Source: Lytechinus pictus (Eukaryota). Taken from it: a stretch of 64,000 nucleotides of DNA. Each line of letters begins with the position of its first letter. Within the stretch, counting starts at the first letter, position 1. Both the position numbers and the translations under genes were made by a program. The stretch covers positions 26,474,001 to 26,538,000 of the forward strand of contig NC_087257.1 of the NCBI RefSeq assembly GCF_037042905.1, written 5' to 3'. Below, piece after piece: positions 25,078-37,332 of the stretch. The notes under the pieces were generated by a model, which worked only from the letters and a program-made list of their open reading frames with translations, made no database searches and was not told the DNA's origin.

Positions 25078-25552
25078 ATAGAGAGGGAGGGCTTGGGGAG
25101 TTGATTAGAGAGGGAGAAGAGATGAGAAGGTGAGGTTGCACTTTTGAGATGCCCCCAAACGTGTCCAGTAAACCTAATAAGAGTCCTTGGATAGTGCAAC
25201 CTCCCCTCATCTAAGGATTCCGAATGGATCCTTATTCCTCACCTCAAATCATCACCAAATGTCTTCCGCTTGACTGCTTGGGATGACTTCAAATGTCTAT
25301 TAATTTTAGAATGGCCTTTCCACTAAAAGGAATTTTTATACTTTTTTTAGTAAAGGAAGTCAATTAATTCCAATTTTTGTGTTTCCAAGACAAGATCGAT
25401 TTTAATAGCTCACTGACATTGATGTGACTGTGTACATTTATGTACGTTAAATCAGGTTTGATAGTGAACTGGTCAATGTCATAGTCACACCAGTGATGTT
25501 GATGACATGCCTTTGGTCGGAATGGAGTCGGTTTCATTGGTGTGACTGCAGC

Positions 25553-25991
25553 ATCAGTCGGAACCGGTCCAGGGAAGTGAGTGTGAACAGGGTCTTCTGT
25601 TCTATTTCTCTCTAGAGAGTTTATCATATCATTGGGAACCAGTCCAGGGAATTGATTGTGAACAGGGCCTTCTGTTCTATTTCTCTCTAGAGAGCTTATC
25701 TCATCATTGGGAACTGGTCCAGGGAATTGATTGTGAATAGGGCCCTCGGTTCTATTTCTCTATAGAGAGCTTATCTCATTATTGGGAACCTGTCCAGGAA
25801 AGTGAGTGTGAATCGGGTGTTCGGTTCTATTTCTCTAGAGCTTATTTCATCAGTGGGAACCGGTCCAGGGAAGTGAATGAACAGGGTTTTTAGTTCTATT
25901 TCCCTAGAGCTTATCTCATCAGTGGGAACCGGTCCAGGAAAGTGAGTGTGAATAGAGTCTTTGGTTCTATTTCTCTAGAGCTTATCTCCTC
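25553..25991. repeat. Minisatellite, six units of 69-75 bp
   Basis: GGAAC anchors at 25560, 25635, 25710, 25785, 25856 and 25925; unit GGAACCGGTCCAGGGAAGTGAGTGTGAACAGGG...GTTCTATTTCTCTAGAGCTTATCTCATC. Confidence 0.95.
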
Positions 25992-27150
25992 TCAGTCCCA
26001 GATTAAACGAGTGGATTTTAATACAACTACCGGGTCATTCCTAGTGAAACCCTCCTAGAAATATGGCCGAGCTTCTCAACTTTCCTTTCGTGCAACTGAA
26101 TGATTTTGGATATTTTGCTTTTTTTACAGGTCTATACCGTCTGTCACATAATCATGAGACAATATCTTTTTTGTATATTGGGGTTTATTTTGTGTTATGT
26201 TTTTAACGTTATAATTTACATGTAAGAGTGAGCATAGAGAGTGAACCCCAAAACAACCTTTTTTTTGGGGGGGGGGGGAGGAGGGAAGATACATCACCCG
26301 GCATGTAACACTTGAAACTGTCTAGATGGTAATACTCGATCAAAAAATTCTCCCTTTTGTTCGGATTGAAGGGGGAGGGGGGACTCTACCCCTAAATCCC
26401 CCCATGTGTTTGCCAGCATTTTCTTTTAACATCAAATTTGGTTTTCTCCGTAGTGTGTCTTTCTATTTTGGACATTTTTCAGTAGACCTAGAGATTGACC
26501 ATGGGAGGCGTTTTACAGAAACCGTAAATACACAACAATATGGATGTTACACTGTGAAGACATGTGGTATGAATTCAACTTGCTTTGTGATAGTTCCAAT
26601 TGAATCCTTTTCAGGTTTTTGTTGATATTGTGACATGGTTCAGACTGAGATCATTAGAAATCAATAATCAGGCATTTCATGGTATACAGATACACATAAA
26701 TATGATGTAGGCCTACTTGTGTACATGTAGTATGAGGTCAAGTAAATTGGGCCTCGTAACTTGAAGCTTTAATAACAATCGATCATGGGGCTGTTTTCTA
26801 AAATTGATTGCATTGATTATTGTGTATGATCAATTATAAAAATCATCTCTACGATCACGGTCCCTGGGTGAATGTTATAAGGTGTGAAAGGGGCATCATC
26901 ATTCAGCAAGGGTGTGCCTGACTGACACCATACATCATTCCCCATTCTAAGAGGGTTAGAATAGAACCTTGAACTTCTATCACTAACAAACATGTTGACT
27001 TGGCCGTCCATACCAAATACACGCCCTGACATAACACCTTGGGGGCTTTCAGAAGAGTGTTTTGAGGCACAGGCTGATAGAAATGTTGGTATTTTGTTTG
27101 TGTGAAAGCTCCCACACTGTATCAGGGGGTGTTGTGGTGGAGTGGTTCTG

Positions 27151-27307
27151 GGGAGCGTTTCATGAAAGGACTTGTCGGACGTTTTATCCGACAACTCCCA
27201 TTTTCTCCGACAGTTATCATAGTAACAGTGCTTCTAAGCCAATCAAAATCCAGAAAAGTTGTCAGATCTGACAACTTGTCGGACAAAAATAATGATGAAA
27301 CGCCCCC
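27151..27307. mobile_element. Short Harbinger-like MITE with CWG target
   Basis: TIR GGGAGCGTTTCAT / ATGAAACGCCCCC between CTG and CAG; similar right-truncated copy at 19224-19365. Confidence 0.8.
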
Positions 27308-28236
27308 CAGAACTTCTGACTCCCTTTGAAACAGAAGGGTCATGGGTTCATGTTTCACTGTTGGAAGAGAGTAAGAAAGGTGCTACAACCTTCTGGGTAT
27401 AAAGGGGGGTAGTGTGCTATAGTTTGATTCACTTGGTCTTCAAGAAATTGGTGTTTAGATAGTCCAAGACCAATGTACAATTTTAAACTTGGTCTAATTG
27501 TTGTTTGGTTTACATTACATTCGGTCTAATGCCCAGTTGATAGATTTTCCAACATGTACTTTTACTTTATTTACTTTGTCATATGAACATTTGGTTCATA
27601 AACACTATTTGTATATATACGCGTACATGTATAGACGAAAATGAGATCTAAATCTGCAAAATTATGGCAGTTAAATTATTTTCAGGGGCTGCTTTTCACA
27701 ACTTGTTGCCTAGATCTGCAACATTGGATAAGCTTTAACATTGCAATGAATGGGAATTTTCCATTGCTCCTTCTTTTGAGTTTCCAGGGATTTTTTTTAA
27801 AGCATTTTTAAAAAGCATTTCGTGGCATCACCCCCCCTCCCTGTGTATTTTTCCCCTGGTTAATAGTGGAGACACTTTAATAGTTGTAGACCATGTGGGA
27901 TTAGACAAAATGGAAAGTTGGCAAAGTGGGTGTAGACCAAATGGCAATTTATTCTGTCGGCAAGCTTTTCTGCTCTGTCAAGACAGCAGGAAAAAAGCAA
28001 TCAATATGGGTTCTTCATTAAATAAATCACCATCCTGTTTTGATTTCTAAATCACTGTTATGCCTCTTTGAAAACTAGAAAAGCTTTCTCTTAATTATCA
28101 TGAAATTACGTCCTGTTTTCATGACAAGTTGGGTATGCATGGCTAACTTCCTGTTTTAATGATAGTTGAAAAATTGTATGGGTGTAATGGGATGTTTTTG
28201 TGCAAAAGTCTATATAATTCCTATGATTATTGAAGT

Positions 28237-28485
28237 CATGGGCAGAAATCTGTCCCCAAAGGTAGGGGGGGGGGGGGACCAGGGGCTGGAAACTTTGACA
28301 AGCAAAAACATAAAATAAAGAGGTTTTCACCCAAAATGTAAGGTCATTTAGTCAATTTAGTGAATGATGTATTTTACTCTATTATAAAAGACCAAAAATA
28401 GTAGGGGGACATTTGATTTTGTGTCCCCCTACTATTTTTGGTAGGGGGGACGCGTCCCCCTGTCCCCCTGGGATTTCCACCCATG
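28237..28485. mobile_element. hAT-like MITE
   Basis: TIR CATGGGCAGAAATC / GATTTCCACCCATG; 8-bp TSD ATTGAAGT / ATTGGAGT. Confidence 0.8.
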
Positions 28486-29231
28486 ATTGGAGTATTAAAA
28501 TGGTTTAATAGGGTTCACTCTAGATGTTTAAAGAAAAAAGAAATGCTTGAAACTTATTATTAAATAGCATAAGAAATAAGTGGAAAGTCTGGAAATATTG
28601 TCCAACTTTGTTGAAAAGATCCATGTGGTCTCAGATATTCTCATGTTTTTCTGATGAAAGTAATTCAAACCATCTCATATATTGTCATGTCATTCTGTCG
28701 ACACGATTCCTAGAGACAAATACAACAGCTTTCTCACTATTACTTCATTGGTAATGGGGGGGGGGGGGTGTTGTGTTCTTTATAGTTTTGTTATGTTTTT
28801 TAATACATGTGAGTGAGTTTCCAAAAATAACCCCACTCATGAATTCAAACTTTCTTTTAATACTCCTAATATACATTTTCAATATAAACCAAATTTATGG
28901 GAGCTACATGTACAAAATATATTTTTTGTGTCTGATTTTAATATTCTTTATAGCTCCCATCTATTTTTTTTTGCTCCCATCATCAGTATTTCTTTATGAA
29001 TTTTTGAATAAAATACTAACTGCAATGTTTCCATAGTGACTATGCCACATTTTGCTTTTTAAAGAGCATCTTTGAGCTACATTTAGCATCTTTCGTCTGT
29101 GATTTTAGTACTCTTTTTAGCCATAATTGCTGATTCATGTTGCTTTTTGTAATAATGCAGGTACACATAAAACAGTAGGCATATCCTATATTATAAATGT
29201 ACTGTTTGGGTGTGTCTGTTTATGGTTTTGT

Positions 29232-29302
29232 TACATGTGAACGGGTCATTATACCTTGCTATAGCGCCACAATATCAAGGTATAGTGACCCGTTCACATG
29301 TA
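29232..29302. repeat. 71-nt inverted repeat (27-bp arms)
   Basis: TACATGTGAACGGGTCATTATACCTTG ... CAAGGTATAGTGACCCGTTCACATGTA, one mismatch. Confidence 0.9.
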
Positions 29303-29354
29303 TATCTAGGTCTTCTCCGTGACCCCCATTAGTGTGAATTTTGATGTTGAGATA

Positions 29355-30000
29355 AATTGGTTGTATTAAAGGCCTGCAAGATAAACTACACACACACATG
29401 GATTTACCCTGTCAACTTGCCATTTCTACTGTGAGCTACCGGTAGTCTTCTTCCAGCTTTATAATTGGTTGTATTTTAGGCCTGAAGATAAACTACACAC
29501 ACATGGATTTACCCTGTCAACTTGCCATTTCGATGGTGAGCTAGCTTTCTCCCAGCCTTATATTAAAGTTATCAAGGGTACTTTATAGTCTTTAGGCTTG
29601 AAGGTAAACTACACACACATGTATGAATTTTATTGTAGTACATGTACTCTGTCAACTTGTAGTCTGTAGGGCATAGGCACAGACCCTTGGTTTTTGCATT
29701 TCACATAAAATGTAGTGCATAATTGACAGAGTCTGAAGTAGTGAGACTAGATTCACTATGTAATGTGGCTGGCTCTGACACAGACTGAACCTTTGGTGTC
29801 TAGTCTTTACTCTAGTCCTGCTTTTGATTAAAGTCTCAAATATGAGTCTGTGCTTGCAGACTAGTCAACTTCTAGATGGTAGTCTCCTTCCAGTCTACAT
29901 TTAATTGGTTGTGTGTTATTGGACTGAAGATAAATGACACTGATTTTTTCATGTCAGCTTTTTAATACCATTTCAATGGTGAGCTAGTCTTCTTCCAGCC
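29355..30000. repeat. Degenerate ~100-110 bp local repeat, about four copies
   Basis: AATTGGTTGT...AAGATAAACTACACACACATGGATTTACCCTGTCAACTTGCCATTTC...GTGAGCTA recurs at ~29355, 29463, 29590 and 29903. Confidence 0.8.
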
Positions 30001-30968
30001 TTGACGCTGTAGAAAAGCTGGCGCTCTTCTTAATAGTATTCTTATTCACATACAGGTGAGTTTGCTTGTGATAATGATATTTTTATCTATTTCATAATAT
30101 TTCAAAAGTACTCCATAAAAAAAATACTGTACATACAAGATACCATCTTCATTCATCGTGCCACATGTCCAAGAAACTTGGGCTAGGGCTCTATGGAGAA
30201 TGTGTGTTTTTATGAAATTAAGTAATTTCCTATTGGATAAAATCTCTTCACAAAAAAAAAACTATGTGGATCACGATTTCAAATTTTGGGGAGAATTTGT
30301 CCGATGCCATTGCATATTTTTCTCATGCTGCTCACTCAAGTTATTTTCCTTTCATTGAATCCATAATTTATCTGTATTTTATAATACTTTTAGGGTCTAG
30401 GGAATATGAAAACAATATGCAATCGAATTCTGGCTCTTTCACAATTTTTACTGCAATATGCCGGGAGGGGGCAAATAATCCTTTGCTCTCTTTTCTTTTT
30501 GCTTTCTTTGTCATCTTTTATCAGTAGTTGACCCATCTGTACTCTTTTTACGCTTAGGTGCCACTTACACATAATTAAAATTTTGTTATGAAATGGATAT
30601 AAAGCTAATTAATTTTCTTGTTGCAATTACGGTATGTGTATTATATAAAAGGGTATTGCCCATAAGGTTTTTATGCCAGTCTGAAAATGCTCTATGACTG
30701 AATCTCTTGATCCTTTGAAAGCAATATTAATGATGAGCGCTGCAGGTATTGCAATGTATCCTTGGCCATTGAAAATTAATGAGATAGGCAACATCAATAC
30801 CGATTATTCATTATAATAATAACATTATAATAATGCGTTGCATTGAAAAAAAGTGCAAAAGTTCAGATCATGTGTACGTAGACAATGCAGCTCCAACCAT
30901 CAACGCTTCCAGTTTCACAAACATATCTGATAGAATTTGGGGAAAATGTGATGGATAATACTGAATTT

Positions 30969-33480
30969 TGCATCAAGAACACCGTTATCCCGAAAGATCT
31001 TAGAGTTCGCCCGCCAGTACCCACCAAGTCAGCACGCATCATCGCCGAGAGGACCTCCCGCCCTTTTCCTTCGTGAAAGAATCCGCCTCACCCGCATGAC
31101 TCTTAAGTCTATCCGCGCCGAGATTGAGTCCAGTACTACCCTTGTCCGTTCCGCGCTCGCCGAAGAGCACTACAACAGTGCTCTCGAGCTTTTCGACGAT
31201 ATCTACCGCTACGAATTTGAGAAGTGCAAGTCCCGACAACAGGATAAGTATCGCAAGATTAGTACAGAGGGTAAGGATAGTTCCGTATGTGCCGATACTA
31301 GCTCTCGGGTCGTCAATTTGTCTAAACGCAAATTGACTTCTGATGAGAGTGCGCTGCTCGCCAAGGGACTTAACTTTTCAGTAGCCCCGAAGCATGTTCC
31401 CGCTACCGAGATTGTTGCGAAGGTGGAATCCTCCATTCGTTCACTTGATGCCGAGACCATCGGCTCCGTAAGAAGAGAGATAAATGCTATCCTCTCCTCC
31501 GCCGAACCGCCTAAACCTAACATTACTCCCGGCATGCGCAAAGCCTTGAAATCGCTCAAGGAAGACGAGTCTATTATGATTTTGCCAGCAGACAAAGGCC
31601 GCGCCAGTGTTATTCTGGACACCGATGTCTACCGCGCCAAGATGTCCGAGTTAATTGAATCCGGCCCCTATCGCGCTATCGGGAAGGACCCGACCGATCG
31701 CCTCTCCCGCAAGCTTACCACTATTCTTCGCGGCTTTCACAAGAATGGTGACATCGATGATTCTACCTACCGTAAGCTTAAACCGTCGCAGAAGCAACCG
31801 CCCAGGATCTATGGACTACCTAAAATCCATAAAGCTGACATTCCGCTCCGTCCGATTGTATCATGTGTGAGTTCGTTTGCTTACAACACGTCTAAGTATC
31901 TCGCTGATATTCTTGCTCCCTTAGTCGGGTCCAATGGACATGCTGTCCATAACTCTGCATCGTTTGTTGATTTCCTGCGCAGCGAAACCATACAGGAACA
32001 CGAAGTCATGGTTTCATTTGATGTGGTGTCATTGTTTACCAATGTACCCATCGACGCCGCATGAAAGGTCGCACTCAGCAGACTCGAACGCGATGAGAGT
32101 CTACCCGAGCGCACACAGTTATCTCCGGCCCAGGTAACTGAGCTTTTGAGTTTTGTTTTACAATCTACGTATTTTATGTTTGCCGGCAATTTCTACGAAC
32201 AGCAAGAAGGAGCAGCCATGGGCAGCCCTGTTTCCGCAGTAATCGCTAACTTGTTCATGGAAGCTTTTGAGGAACGCGCGCTGAGTATTTGCCCGCCCGA
32301 CTGCGCCCCTAGAGTTTGGAAGCGATACGTAGATGACACGTTTATTATCACGCATAGATCCGCCGCCGATGACCTTTTGAGCCACATGAATTCGCAGCAG
32401 CCATCCATCCGTTTCACTATGGAGATGGAGTGCAACGAGCGCATTGCCTTTCTAGACACTATGGTGCACCGGGACACCAGCGGCCGATTGTACACCACCG
32501 TATACAGGAAGCCCACGCACACCGATCAGTACATTGCTTATGATTCGCATCACCCGAAGTCCGTTAAGCGCGGTGTAGTGAAGTGTCTTTATGACAGAGC
32601 TTCACGCATCGTTACTAAGCCCCATTGCACAGCTACAGAGAAGCAACACATCACCTCGGCTCTTATTTCTAACGGTTACCCGCGCTCCTTCGTTAACCGC
32701 GTTGCTAAGAAGAAGAGCGCTCCGTCTGAACAGCCTGCGCAATTTAAATCCGCTATAGTAATCCCATTTGTTGATGGTATCGCGCATCTTCTCCGCCGGC
32801 GCTTGGAGAAGCATGGCATCCGAGTTATATTCAAGTCCGACAGCATCCGCAGCCAGCTGGTCCGTCCGAAAGACCGCCCGATCCCCGACAGATGCGATGG
32901 GGTTGTTTATAAGATCCCATGCTCGACTTGCGACAAAGTCTACATCGGTGAGACTGGTAGACCTGTGGGGGAACGCATGAAGGAACATCGCCGTGATGTT
33001 CGGCTTAGGCGCACTGATAGCTCTGCTGTTGCAGAACATGCTTGGGACTCCGATCATCCACCTAACTGGGATGAGGTCAGCTGCGTTGCTCATGATAAGC
33101 ATTGGTATACGCGGCGCGTTAAGGAAGCGATTCAGATCCGTTTGCACCCGAGCAATATCAATAGGGACAGCGGCATTGAGATCCCTGATGCATGGTTACC
33201 GGCCATCCGACGGCATACTGCATCCACCGTTCAGAGCGCACGGCGCCCGCACCAGCAGGTGCCTGACACCAGCGCAGATGCTGATTGGCCGGCCGCATCG
33301 GCCAATCACAGCGCACGGTGCACGCTCCAACGGGCACCAAGCACCAGCGCGGACCCTGATTGGCCAGCGGCTTCGGCCAATCACAGCGCGGCTCACGCCC
33401 GAGTGGAGCCAGACAATAGCTCCCGACGCTATATAACCCGTGCGCAGCAGCGTCTTTGCTCATTGCCTGACGAAGTCTAG
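30969..33480 (+). pseudogene. Disrupted PLE reverse transcriptase / GIY-YIG endonuclease ORF
   Basis: Motifs ILPADKG, IYGLPKIHK, PLRPIVS, SFDVVSLFTNVP, GAAMGSPVS, RYVDD, VYRKPTHT, VVYKIPCSTCDKVYIGETGR, KEAIQI..NINRDSG. One extra C near 31062 and one in-frame TGA at 32062-32064 split an otherwise ~836-codon frame. Confidence 0.93.
33267..33436 (+). promoter_or_regulatory. Putative PLE internal Pol II promoter (75-bp duplication with CCAAT boxes, then TATA)
   Basis: Two 75-bp units (starting 33267 and 33342), each with GATTGG...CCAATC, followed by TATATAA at 33430-33436, ~30 nt upstream of the ribozyme. Confidence 0.6.
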
Positions 33481-33502
33481 CAGCTTGCAGACGAAATGTC
33501 GC
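33461..33502 (+). ncRNA. Minimal type I hammerhead ribozyme in the PLE 3' end
   Basis: Core CUGACGA (33467-33473); stem II GUCU/AGAC extended by GCA/UGC; then GAAA-UG-UC with predicted cleavage after C33500. Position overlapping the ORF stop is typical of PLE pLTR hammerheads. Stem I is short. Confidence 0.8.
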
Positions 33503-36500
33503 TTTCACACTACGTTTGCTACATCGTGAGACAACTGGTTAATTTCTTCTACTCAATACTGAATTTGTCAATAACATGCCTGGATAGATCCAGGATCGGA
33601 AACCGGGAGGGGGGAGGGGGGATTCAACAACTTGAAATGATCACCACTTACCACAACATTTTCCCCCTTACAAATTTTGGCGACAATCGCAGCCAAAAAA
33701 AAAGGTCCTCTGACCTCAAAAAGGGCTGGGGCATGCTCCTTCCTCTACCTCTCCCCCCCCCCCCCACTAGATCCGATCCTTGCCTGGTATTACTTCTATG
33801 CAGCCTTTGAAATGTTTAAAGTGAATTTATTAAATGAAAATAATTTACATGGTGGAGGATTTATGCACTCTTTATTATTCTTGCTCACTGCCCCATGAAA
33901 TTCTGCATTTATTATGTTCATACATGTACATAAGTATAAAACAAGAGAACAATATGCCTTGTCAAATTACATGATCCAAATTTTTCACACTGCTCACATA
34001 TGATCCTTCATTCATTTTTACTTCTTGATGCAATACAGAATATCCATATTTAAAAATTTTTATTTTCCTGGTGCTTATAACTCAGAATCTCAAATACATG
34101 TACATGTATGCTACATGTACATTGTACTATAATTTTCATTGGAACATACAGTGTATATGGGAAATTGTAAAAGGGGCACTCTCTCTTTTAATAGTTTGAA
34201 ATGGCTTAACATGTTTGGGCTCTTTTGGAGCCGCCCCCCCATGTAATTTTTTGCTCGCTTTCTGAACAGTCAGTGCTGTGTGAATGGGTCCAATGCCTAG
34301 CTTCATATTCACAGCATGGTAAAGAGACATCATCAATCAAAAGCAGAATACTCATACCCCTGGGCAAAAAAAAAATGCACGTCTCTGGTGAAGATGTTCA
34401 CTTTAATATTCCTGGATGCTGATATTCCATACCTCCACACTGGATGCCCATACAGGTCATTCCAATTATAATTTTTTTTTATTTTATAGCCTTACATGTA
34501 TTTCATCGCCTTTACCTCCTCAAATTGGCAACTCAACTTTTGATACTGCATGCATATTTCTTTTGAAATGTCATCGTCATCTACATGTATTAGAAATTAA
34601 TACAAAATGATAGAGAATGCCTTAATATGTTGAAAAATATATGAAGTTGTTGGCATAAACAGCGATTTACAGGTGTTTTTTAGAACAGTTTTCTATTGTC
34701 TTTCCCAAAACTTTGTACGGTGGGACACCTACCCTCAGCCTAATTTTTTTCCTTTTTTTATCTATAAATAAAAAGGCCTACAGATTGATAGAGAAGGTCA
34801 TTTTGCTAAAAATTTGTTAACTTGTATGCTAGTAGATCTAGTTTTACAATTTAGGTGCATTTGACTGTTTATAACCAAATGAAAGATATGAATTAGAGGC
34901 AAATGAAAAACAATTATTAAAATGTGCTTGTAATGGAGGTATGAGTCATCACTTTCAGTTCTGAAGTAAGTATTGCAATAAAACTTGAAATACAATTATT
35001 AATTTAATCATACTCTAGATAGCAGATTAATCATCATCTCACTTAACTTTGTATGATGATCTTGTTTCAAGTGCTGTTTTGATGTTGATATGTTTACATG
35101 GTCGTGTTCAAGTGCCCATTTTCATCCTTGAATTAGGATGATTCCATTATAGATGTTCTTTGAAACATTCAAGGGGTGTTCTGTTGATTGTTTACATTAT
35201 CAAAAAATGCTGCACTAATGTGAAACATTGAAATAGGGAAACATTGGATTTTTAACATTTGTGATGATTCAAGGGATTCTAGCATCACTTTATTGCGCCC
35301 CTTTTTTTTTTCGGGGGGGGGGGGGTAAGGTATTGAAGATTCTAAAATAAATCCTGCAACTGTTTCAGTATTACATGTGACTAATTTGCAGCGTAAATAT
35401 TTATCACTGAAACCGATACATGAGTTTTCATTCCCCCCCCCCCACATTCTCATTCCTGTCTTTATGTTATATGCATAAATTTCTACTACATGTATTTCAA
35501 TCTCTGGCTCTTCTTTTCACCCACTCTCCCCTTCTCTCCTTCTCTCTCTCTTGTTATCTGTGGTAGTGATGGTGGCTTTTTGTCACGGAAGCAGCAGAAC
35601 AAATTTCATCCTTGCAGCAACCCTTAATACCGCATCCTATCCGCATACTGATCAGCCGCTGTGTTCCCCGTGGAGGAACCATGCACGAGTAATGCACAGG
35701 AAAAAAATAGCTCCACGAAAACCGATGTTGTGCAAGGCTCCAGGCCACTCCAATTTTATCATATCAGATTTTATTTTTCTCTGCTTGCGAGATGAATTTG
35801 AGAGACTAATGGGGAAGCGTCAACCGGGGGCTCGGTGCTTCATGGCTGTAATTATCTCAGGAGCCATGAGAAAAGAACAATAATTGATTTCTTAAACAGA
35901 AGAGGGCCCTTTCTTACAAGGAGTTGTGATTGATCTAGTCAGTGTCAACTATGAAGAGTTAGTGCTTCGACATATAGCATAGAGTCCTTTGAAAAATTCA
36001 AATTATTCTCTATGACGTTTACAATATACATCCTTTAATCACATGTATTTTGACCAATCAGCATTCTTCATTTGTTTTCACATAGGGAATGTACATGTAC
36101 TTCTAGATGCAAGAGTTTTTTTTACATCCGAGATTGGTTAGATTGATCGTAACTTTTTTGTGATACAGGGCCTAGGCGAGGGGTTCCAGGGGGGCTCAAA
36201 ATGAAGTGTGCCTAGTTTGGAGCCTGGGAAATCATACAAGCATTTCTGATCGTCATATGATGCGTGGGTTGTGGATGACATTGACAATGCTTTATACAGC
36301 TTTAATAGCATGGCTTCTCTCTTTATCATGAACACTAGATGATGATACAAATATTCTCTGTTTGATTGTCAATAAAAGGGTTTTTTTTTCATATTTTTTA
36401 TTTCTGCATCCGTTTTCTTACCGTTTTTTCTTTCTATCTCATATTTTTTGAAGTTGCATGGCTGTGCGTACATTCGTAAACTTACAAAGTGCATAACTTA

Positions 36501-37128
36501 ATAATAACGAAATAAGTCAGAGCTTATTTCTCTTCATCTCTCATCCAATTTGTTGCCTTCTTTTGAATTTGAATCATCTTCCTTCTAAATCCAGCCCTAT
36601 TTCTAATCAATTCTCTATCTTTCTCCTTAATATCTCATCGCTATTTCTCGTCTTCATCTATTTCCTGTAAAAGCACAAGTTCTCTTTTTATTATTTAGAA
36701 TCAGTCAATCCCCAGTTCACTCCAAATTCCTGACCATCATGCATTTGGGGGAAAAGGCCTAATCCACTAAAAATGGGGAGTGAGATGAGTTTACCAAAGT
36801 AGAATGACAGCTTGAACTGCCATGTTCATACAAGGGTTATGAACTATAAAAAAAAAAATTTTAAAAAAATGAGCTTGTCAAGCTTAAAGGGGGAATGGAC
36901 TGATCAACACTCTGTTCTCTCATTGACTTTGTGTTAAAGCTAAAATATACCTTTCAAATATACCTTATATTTTGAGATTCTGTACATTGTTGGTTGAATA
37001 ATTGGTGATTAGACGTGATTGTGACTGCATTTTTATTTATGATTCATGTTCGTTTTAGCAACCTATTACATGTACACGTACATGTACATGTACACACCCT
37101 TTACATACCCTTTACTATACACGGAATT

Positions 37129-37332
37129 CAGGGGGAAATTACATGAAGCTTCAGGCAATTTCACCTTACCCCCCCCCCCCACCCCGAAAGGCTAAAAAAA
37201 GCCATGGCAACTCATAATGAGCCTTGGAAAATCCCCATCTCAATGTTCAAGCTTATCCAATATTGCAGATTTAGGCAGTAAGTTATGAAAAGTGACCCCT
37301 GAAATTTGTGAAAATGAATTTTTTTTTGCCTG
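37129..37332. mobile_element. CAGG...CCTG MITE family, several copies in the window
   Basis: Flanked by CACGGAATT / CACTGAATT. Core AATGTTCAAGCTTATCCAAT..TGCAG...GAAAAGTAGCCC also seen near 27680-27858, 40464-40963, 41422-41590 and 57327-57490. Confidence 0.7.

Larger units (their letters stand above)
30969..33554 (+). mobile_element. Penelope-like retroelement (Penelope/Poseidon type), 5'-truncated
   Basis: GC/CpG-rich block flanked by an exact 12-bp direct repeat AATACTGAATTT (30957-30968 and 33555-33566). RT followed by C-terminal GIY-YIG with no intervening Zn finger; hammerhead-bearing 3' end. Confidence 0.95.

Noticed and set aside
25553-25991. CRISPR-like array
   Set aside because: The whole unit is repeated, including the would-be spacers; ordinary minisatellite.
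30885-30968. N-terminus of the PLE ORF (MQLQPSTL...)
   Set aside because: Lies outside the element, up to and including the left TSD, in AT-rich host DNA; chance in-frame fusion.
32062-32064. Programmed readthrough or selenocysteine at the in-frame TGA of the RT
   Set aside because: The copy also has a frameshift and is 5'-truncated; a point mutation from a Cys codon is simpler.
31209-33508. Overlapping and antisense ORFs within the PLE
   Set aside because: Shadow ORFs of a GC-rich coding region with no recognisable motifs.
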